Shown piece after piece: positions 58,071-64,000 of a DNA stretch of 64,000 nucleotides. How positions within the stretch are numbered: position 1 is the stretch's first letter; each line of letters opens with the position of its first letter. Below the pieces are notes generated by a model. It searched no databases. It was not told where the DNA came from and saw nothing but the letters and a program-made list of their open reading frames with translations. Both the position numbers and the translations under genes were made by a program. The DNA comes from an uncultured bacterium (GTDB taxonomy: Bacteria > Babelota > Babeliae > Babelales > Vermiphilaceae), in assembly GCA_963702025.1 (NCBI GenBank), contig OY969699.1, positions 1,248,001 to 1,312,000 of the forward strand, written 5' to 3'.

Positions 58071-59126
58071 TTATTCTTCTGGCTGTTGTTCTTTAAGCGC
58101 TTTTTTAAGCTGGGATTCCTTAATATTCATCCCAAATGAAAGACCAAAGGCTTTCATGCTTTCCTTAACTTCACCCAATGATTTACGTCCAAAATTTTTA
58201 ATTTTAAGCGCTTCATCTTCATTCAGATTCACCAAATCAAGGATACGCTTAATTCCCGCATTTATCAGACAATTGTGTGCTCTTACCGAAAGTTCAAGCT
58301 CTTCAATCGGCTTTAATAAAAGATCGGGAGAAACTCCTTTAACACCACCTAGTTGATCTGATTCAACCGGTTCGCCCGCAACTTTTTCTTCAGGAGCTGA
58401 CGATATTTGGTTAAATGGAATTTCGGCACTTGCTAAGAAATGTTCTAATTGTGTTCTGAGTACCGATACTGAATAATGAAGCACATCGAGAGGATTTTCT
58501 GAACCATCCGTGTGAATACGCAAGGTTAGTTTATCAAAATCGATATCCTTACCAACACGTGTCTTTTCAACATCAAACATAACTTTGCGGATCGGAGAGA
58601 ACATAGCATCAATATAGATGCGACCGTCTTCTTGCAACGCTTTATCTACAGGCCATTGCGCCGGTTTATAGCCACGACCAGCTTCAACGAAGAATTGAAT
58701 ATCAAGTTCACCGTTCTCAGAAACATGAGCAAGTACATGATCTTTATTTATCAATTCCAAATGATCATCCGCTTCGATGTCAGCAACCGTAGCCACTGCT
58801 TGACCCTTCACATTCAAGCGCATCGTACCCGGCTTACCTTCTTTATTGCGTACAACAATTCCTTTAATATTAAGAATCAGTTGCATTGCATCTTCTTCAA
58901 CGCCGTTTAACGCAGAGAACTCATTATTTACTCCCTTGATAATCACCGCCGTTACGGCTGATCCTTCAACCCCTGCATATAGAATGCGGCGTATTGCATT
59001 ACCTAAGGTAATACCAAAACCAGGTTCCAATGGTTGGGCAATTAATTCTCCATAGGTTTGCGTTAATTCTTTTTTATTCCAATTTAACTTTGGAATAGTC
59101 AACGGTCTATATTCTTTTTTTTCCAT
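58071..59126 (-). CDS. rpoA: RNA polymerase subunit alpha
   Basis: PLEPGFGITLGNAIRR, LELSVRAHNCL and NFGRKSL. Confidence 0.98.
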   Translation of the reverse strand: MEKKEYRPLTIPKLNWNKKELTQTYGELIAQPLEPGFGITLGNAIRRILYAGVEGSAVTAVIIKGVNNEFSALNGVEEDAMQLILNIKGIVVRNKEGKPGTMRLNVKGQAVATVADIEADDHLELINKDHVLAHVSENGELDIQFFVEAGRGYKPAQWPVDKALQEDGRIYIDAMFSPIRKVMFDVEKTRVGKDIDFDKLTLRIHTDGSENPLDVLHYSVSVLRTQLEHFLASAEIPFNQISSAPEEKVAGEPVESDQLGGVKGVSPDLLLKPIEELELSVRAHNCLINAGIKRILDLVNLNEDEALKIKNFGRKSLGEVKESMKAFGLSFGMNIKESQLKKALKEQQPEE

Positions 59127-59178
59127 CTAACCTCCGCAGGTCCTGTATTGAGTCAATACCGTATCACACATAAACATA

Positions 59179-59748
59179 TTACTTAGAATATAATTCAACA
59201 ATTAAATGCTCTTCGATTGGCGCTTGTATATCAGATCGAACTGGGTTACGTAAAACTTTTCCCTTGCGATCTTTTTTATCTAATTCAAGCCACTCCGGCA
59301 CTTTAATACCAATATTAAGACGCTTATCAACTACTTGTTCCAGAAATACTGTTTTTTCAAGAACCTTTGGATCAAGTGAAACTTCATTATTCACGGCAAC
59401 CAAAAACGATGGTGAATAAACTTTCTTACCATTAACCATAACATGGCCGTGGGTAATCATTTGACGCGCTTGAGTACGAGTTGTTGCTAGCTTTAAGCGG
59501 TAAAGCGTATTATCAAGTCTGCGCTCCAGTAGACTGAGCAAATTTTCGCCCGGAACCCCTTCACGACTTTTGATTGCAATGCCAAAGAAACGTTTAAATT
59601 GTTTTTCACGCAATCCATACATTTCTTTTACTTTTTGCTTTTCACTTAATTGTTTACCATATTCGGATTGTTTACGCGCCGGACGTTTACTAGTTGTAGA
59701 ACCCGTTTCTCTTTGATCTGCAGACATTCTGCTTGATTTTCTTTCCAT
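59179..59748 (-). CDS. rpsD: 30S ribosomal protein S4
   Basis: [27 protein letters not shown] and LIVELYSK. Confidence 0.97.
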   Translation of the reverse strand: MERKSSRMSADQRETGSTTSKRPARKQSEYGKQLSEKQKVKEMYGLREKQFKRFFGIAIKSREGVPGENLLSLLERRLDNTLYRLKLATTRTQARQMITHGHVMVNGKKVYSPSFLVAVNNEVSLDPKVLEKTVFLEQVVDKRLNIGIKVPEWLELDKKDRKGKVLRNPVRSDIQAPIEEHLIVELYSK

Positions 59749-59772
59749 AATTACCTTAATGCAATAAAAGTT

Positions 59773-60156
59773 CTAAACACGACGTTTCTTTGGTGCACGA
59801 CAACCGTTGTGTGGCAATGGAGTAACATCACGCAATACGGAAATATTTAATCCGGAAGCTTGCAATGATCGGACCACCGAATCTCTACCGGAGCCTGGGC
59901 CTTGCATATTAACTTCTACATTGCGAATTCCCATAGCTGACATTTCTTTACCAAGAATAGTGCCAACTTGACCCGCAGCAAACGGAGTTCCCTTACGTGC
60001 CCCTTTGAATCCGAGTCTTCCGGAGCTATTTCTCAATAATACATCACCGTCGGTAGTAGTTATTGAAACCAAGGTGTTATTAAACGTCGATTTAATATGC
60101 GCAATGGCTGAATCAACGTGTCTTTTAGCTTTTTTTGTTTTCTTTTTGTATGCCAT
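59773..60156 (-). CDS. rpsK: 30S ribosomal protein S11
   Basis: STFNNT, KGTPFAA and DVTPLPHNGCR. Confidence 0.98.
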   Translation of the reverse strand: MAYKKKTKKAKRHVDSAIAHIKSTFNNTLVSITTTDGDVLLRNSSGRLGFKGARKGTPFAAGQVGTILGKEMSAMGIRNVEVNMQGPGSGRDSVVRSLQASGLNISVLRDVTPLPHNGCRAPKKRRV

Positions 60157-60184
60157 TCGAAAAAATACCTTCTTAAACCGTTAC

Positions 60185-60574
60185 TTATTTCTTAGTTACT
60201 TTTTTCTTCAACGCGATAGCTGATCCGGCCTTACGAGGTCCTTTTCTTGTTCGCGCATTGGTTTTGGTTCTTTGACCGCGCACTGGTAGACCTTTTTTAT
60301 GACGCAGACCTCTATAGCTGCCAATTTCTTGGAGACGCTTAATATTAAGCGTTATCTCTTTGCGAAGCTCACCTTCGGTGACATAATTACCAGAAACCTC
60401 TTTTGAAATTTGAGCAACTTCTGCGTCAGTAAGATCTTTTACACGTTTATTAAAGTCAATTTTTAGTTTATTGAGTATATCTTGCGAACTTTTTAACCCA
60501 ATCCCAAAAAGATAGGTTAATGCATACTCTATTCGTTTATTATTGGGTAAGTTAACACCTTCAATTCTTGCCAT
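60185..60574 (-). CDS. rpsM: 30S ribosomal protein S13
   Basis: [16 protein letters not shown] and [16 protein letters not shown]. Confidence 0.98.
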   Translation of the reverse strand: MARIEGVNLPNNKRIEYALTYLFGIGLKSSQDILNKLKIDFNKRVKDLTDAEVAQISKEVSGNYVTEGELRKEITLNIKRLQEIGSYRGLRHKKGLPVRGQRTKTNARTRKGPRKAGSAIALKKKVTKK

Positions 60575-60595
60575 ATCTATCCTTAACTTTCAGAT

Positions 60596-60712
60596 CTAAC
60601 CTTGACGTTGTTTATGACGCGCATTACGCTTACAAATCACGCGCACAACGCCTTTGCGCTTGATAACACGACAGTTATTGCAAATCTTTTTTACGGAAGT
60701 TCTCACCTTCAT
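60596..60712 (-). CDS. rpmJ: 50S ribosomal protein L36 (absent from the ORF track)
   Basis: Manual translation gives [38 protein letters not shown]. Confidence 0.97.
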   Translation of the reverse strand: MKVRTSVKKICNNCRVIKRKGVVRVICKRNARHKQRQG

Positions 60713-60739
60713 CCGAATTCCTTTAAGCTACCCGCTGTA

Positions 60740-60982
60740 TTAGTTTTTATATCGTAAAACAATTCTTCCCCGTTTTAAATCGTACGGCGAAAGCTCCAGC
60801 GCCACACGATCTCCCGGCAAAATTTTAATATAGTGCATGCGCATTTTACCTGAGACATGTCCCAACACCTCATGGCCGCCCTCTATTTCTACGCGGAACA
60901 TAGCATTAGGCAATGTTTCTTTCACAATGCCATCCACCTTTATTACTTCTTCTTTTTGTTTATGGTCACGTCTTTGTGTCAT
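60740..60982 (-). CDS. infA: Translation initiation factor IF-1
   Basis: [13 protein letters not shown] and SPYDL.RGRI. Confidence 0.98.
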   Translation of the reverse strand: MTQRRDHKQKEEVIKVDGIVKETLPNAMFRVEIEGGHEVLGHVSGKMRMHYIKILPGDRVALELSPYDLKRGRIVLRYKN

Positions 60983-60988
60983 AATTTT

Positions 60989-61750
60989 TTAACCTTTTCC
61001 ATTACTTCTCGTTAAAACTATTGGGTCCCCTTGCGTAATCGCTATGGTATCTTCAACATGTGCGGCTAAGCTCTTATCTTTTGTTTTTACCGTCCAGCCA
61101 TCATCAGCAACATACACGTCATATCCACCCTCAGTAATCATTGGCTCTATGGCAAATGTCATACCTGCTTGCAATAACGGGCCTTTTCCCGGTTGCCCAT
61201 AGTTAAGAATTTCCGGATCCTCATGCATGCGCTTGCCAATACCATGACCCGCAAAATCACGTACTACGCCAAATCCATGCTTTTCAACTTCTTCTTGAAT
61301 AGCAGCAGAAATATCCGTCAACCTATTTCCCGAACGCGCTTTTTCAATACCTTTTTGCAATGCACGCTGAGCTACTTCCACCAGTTTTTTTGCTTTCGCA
61401 GATGGATTACCGATAAAATAGACCCGTGCCATATCAGCACAATATCCTTCATGCGATGCACAGATGTCTACTTTTACCAAATCCCCATCCTTTACTATCT
61501 TAGTTGTGCTGGGAACACCATGAACCACTTCATCGTTAACTGAAACACAACAAACATGCTTATAGCCCCTATAGCCGAGTGTTTTAGATACCAGCTTTCT
61601 TTCTTTCAATAACTGCGCAATGCGATCATCGATCTCTTGCGTTGAAATACCAGCTTTAATAAAAGAAGCCAGTTTTTCAAATACTTCTTGCAATAAAAAA
61701 CCGGCTTTCTCCATCTTGGCTATGGAAGCTTTATTTTTGATTGTTATCAT
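60989..61750 (-). CDS. map: Methionine aminopeptidase type I
   Basis: SVNDEVVHGVP, GHGIG..MHEDP, AIEPM and AHVEDT. Confidence 0.97.
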   Translation of the reverse strand: MITIKNKASIAKMEKAGFLLQEVFEKLASFIKAGISTQEIDDRIAQLLKERKLVSKTLGYRGYKHVCCVSVNDEVVHGVPSTTKIVKDGDLVKVDICASHEGYCADMARVYFIGNPSAKAKKLVEVAQRALQKGIEKARSGNRLTDISAAIQEEVEKHGFGVVRDFAGHGIGKRMHEDPEILNYGQPGKGPLLQAGMTFAIEPMITEGGYDVYVADDGWTVKTKDKSLAAHVEDTIAITQGDPIVLTRSNGKG

Positions 61751-62445
61751 ACCAGTACCGTATGCGTTTCATTTAGCAGCTTTTTAAATTCATCAAAAAT
61801 TTCATCCAACTGCTTTTCAACCTCAAGTTCTTTAATGAAATAGTTGGTCGTCTTGTAAAAATTTAAAAGATCATTTTCATGCTTGTGATAGGTAGTCAAT
61901 CGCTCGCGTATTTGCGTTACCGCATCATCATTTCTTCTACCAAGCTCATTAAGGCATGTATCACATTTCATTTGCTGAGATGGATTTCGTGCCCCCGGAA
62001 GTAATGAATAAACTTCCTGACAATCTTTATTCTTACAAACAAGTCGTCCACAAATTCGGTTGACTACCGATTCATCAGAAATAAAAAAGCGTACGATTTT
62101 AACTGAAACATCTGGCAACTGATTTTGCAAAAAATTATGCAATTCTCTCGCCTGTCCTAAGGTTCGCGGATACCCATCTAAGATAATAGTGTCTACTGTC
62201 TTAATAGTTGCGCTAAACCACTCGTAAACTATCTGATTTATAAGCTCATCAGGAACAAGTTTACCAGATTTCAAAGCAAAATCTATCTGTTTCCCCAACT
62301 CTGTCTGCTCAGCTATGTGCTTACGACATAAATTGCCAGTTGACAATTGGACCCATCCCCAGTTTTTTACGCACATATAGGATAAAGTGCCCTTTCCAGA
62401 CCCTGGTGGCCCAACGAAAATATACACACTTTTTTGAGAGTTCAA
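61747..62445 (-). CDS. adk: Adenylate kinase
   Basis: GPPGSGKGT, G.LVPD, LDGYPRT and a Cys-containing LID. Confidence 0.95.
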   Translation of the reverse strand: MNSQKSVYIFVGPPGSGKGTLSYMCVKNWGWVQLSTGNLCRKHIAEQTELGKQIDFALKSGKLVPDELINQIVYEWFSATIKTVDTIILDGYPRTLGQARELHNFLQNQLPDVSVKIVRFFISDESVVNRICGRLVCKNKDCQEVYSLLPGARNPSQQMKCDTCLNELGRRNDDAVTQIRERLTTYHKHENDLLNFYKTTNYFIKELEVEKQLDEIFDEFKKLLNETHTVLV

Positions 62446-63755
62446 CGGGCCCCCCTCATCTTGATGCGGCCTCCTGTTAAGAACCCTTCATAACGGTGCT
62501 CAATCAGATAAGACTCAATTTGCGCAGCAGTATCAAGCGCAACACCTACTAAAATGAGCAGAGAGGTACCGCCCAGATTAAATGGCAAAGGTACAAACAT
62601 TCTTAATATATTTGGTAATAATGCCAAAATCGCCAAGTAGATTGCTCCAACAAGACCGATTCGGGTCAATATATAATTAAAGAATTCTGAAGTCTTTCTG
62701 CCCGGTCGAAACCCAGGAATAAATCCGCCACTTTTTTTCATATTGTCAGCAAGCTCATCAGGATTATAAATCAACGCAGTATAAAAGAATGAGAAGAATA
62801 TAATCAAAACAAACTCGATAATATTGTAGAGTATGCCGGTTGGAACCATGCTTTCAGAAATCCACTTAAACAAAGCAAATTTATCAGCGAGCATAGCTGC
62901 CAAAAACATCGGAATGTTCAACACAGCGCCGGCAAAAATTACTGGCATAACACCCGGAACGTTAATTTTAAAAGGAATATAGGTGCTTTGACCACCATAC
63001 ACACGTTGACCAACTACTCGCCGTGTATATTGTACCGGAATCTTGCGTTCGCCCTTCTCGAGAAAAACAATGCATGCAGCAATTGCAACAAAAAGGAGAA
63101 CAAGCAACGAGGTAATCCATCCATTGGTAAGACCTTGTTGTACTTGATAAATTGCCTTAAGCGCATCCTCGGGCAAGTGAGCAACGATACCAGCAAAGAT
63201 TATCATTGAGCTACCATTACCAAGCCCAAAGAGTGATATTTGTTCACCCAGCCACATTACAAACATAGAGCCAACAGTTAAAGAAACAATGAATAGGAAC
63301 CAGAAACCTAATCCTGGTTCAAGAACTAAGTTGTTTCTCTGTAGAAGAATGCCATAACCAATACTTTGTGCAATGCTGACCCCAAACGTTAGATAGCGGG
63401 TATATTGATTAATGATTTTTCTTCCGTATTCGCCTTCCTTTTGTAGTAATTCAAGAGAAGGCACCGTCATTGTTAACATTTGCATCATGATTGAGGAAGT
63501 AATGTAGGGGGTCATACCAAGTGCAAATAAAGTACAATTACGTAACATACCACCAGAAAAAAGGTCAATATAACTAAAAAGACCGCCTAACCCACTTGCT
63601 TGATCCATCATTGTTCGCAAGGCAGCAACGTCAATTCCTATTACCGGAATGTGTGCGCCAAGACGGTAAATAATGAGTATCCCTAGCGTAAATAGGACCT
63701 TCTTTCTCAATTCGGATATATAAAAAATATTAATAAAATTATTGAGCAAAACCAC
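62442..63755 (-). CDS. secY: Preprotein translocase subunit SecY
   Basis: LG..PYITSSI, GLGNGSS.IIF, IPG.RPG and GGTSLLI.VGV. Confidence 0.98.
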   Translation of the reverse strand: MVLLNNFINIFYISELRKKVLFTLGILIIYRLGAHIPVIGIDVAALRTMMDQASGLGGLFSYIDLFSGGMLRNCTLFALGMTPYITSSIMMQMLTMTVPSLELLQKEGEYGRKIINQYTRYLTFGVSIAQSIGYGILLQRNNLVLEPGLGFWFLFIVSLTVGSMFVMWLGEQISLFGLGNGSSMIIFAGIVAHLPEDALKAIYQVQQGLTNGWITSLLVLLFVAIAACIVFLEKGERKIPVQYTRRVVGQRVYGGQSTYIPFKINVPGVMPVIFAGAVLNIPMFLAAMLADKFALFKWISESMVPTGILYNIIEFVLIIFFSFFYTALIYNPDELADNMKKSGGFIPGFRPGRKTSEFFNYILTRIGLVGAIYLAILALLPNILRMFVPLPFNLGGTSLLILVGVALDTAAQIESYLIEHRYEGFLTGGRIKMRGAR

Positions 63756-63759
63756 GGCT

Positions 63760-64000
63760 TCAAATCTCCTTATTTACTCTCGCCTGCCCACCACATTGTT
63801 GGATAGCTTTTTCAGCCGATTCACTATACATGTCTGCAAGAACTTCTAATTTTTTCGTCAGTGTTCCATTGCCTAAGATTTTGAGAAGTACTTGTTCCTT
63901 GCTCTTAGTGCAGAATTTTACCAAGCCTTTTTCTTTTAAAGAGGCCAATGTTACTTGTGCGCCATTTTCAAATACTCTTTCAAGATCTTCCAAGTTAACT
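63760..64000 (-). CDS. rplO: 50S ribosomal protein L15, 5'-partial
   Basis: KILGNG.L.KKL...S..A..AI...GG; lies upstream of secY. Confidence 0.93.
   Translation of the reverse strand, partial: VNLEDLERVFENGAQVTLASLKEKGLVKFCTKSKEQVLLKILGNGTLTKKLEVLADMYSESAEKAIQQCGGQARVNKEI

Noticed and set aside
126..63209. Numerous 60-155 aa ORFs nested in or antisense to assigned genes
   Set aside because: They overlap well-supported CDSs and show no recognisable motifs.

Overview
AT-rich bacterial window. The gene mix suggests an intracellular parasite of eukaryotes, probably Candidatus Babeliae (Dependentiae/TM6); the taxonomy is inferred, not shown. The right half is mostly housekeeping: secD, hemW, serS, HU, tatD, rnhA, gap, nfo, PMM/PGM, sbcC, three tRNAs and the rplO-secY-adk-map-infA-rpmJ-rpsM-rpsK-rpsD-rpoA-rplQ operon. 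It also has an IS630 element that interrupts a peptidase M50-like gene. The left ~35 kb holds many signal-peptide proteins with eukaryote-like modules. The main candidate novel system is a secreted toolkit for hijacking host ubiquitin: three tandem paralogs with C-terminal SOCS/BC-box-like motifs, an AAA ATPase with an N-terminal BC-box-like motif, a USP (C19) deubiquitinase, a BTB-propeller protein with an NLS, and a Sel1 protein with a degenerate U-box-like motif. Many of these proteins have a Met immediately after the predicted signal peptide, and some carry nuclear or mitochondrial-type targeting sequences. Other highlights: a signal peptide-Hint-toxin gene with an immunity candidate and an orphan immunity paralog, secreted HEPN and 2H-phosphoesterase proteins, a conserved hairpin fused to the CCA end of all three tRNAs, and a second family of dispersed palindromic repeats. 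All domain calls come from motifs read by eye; no database searches were run.
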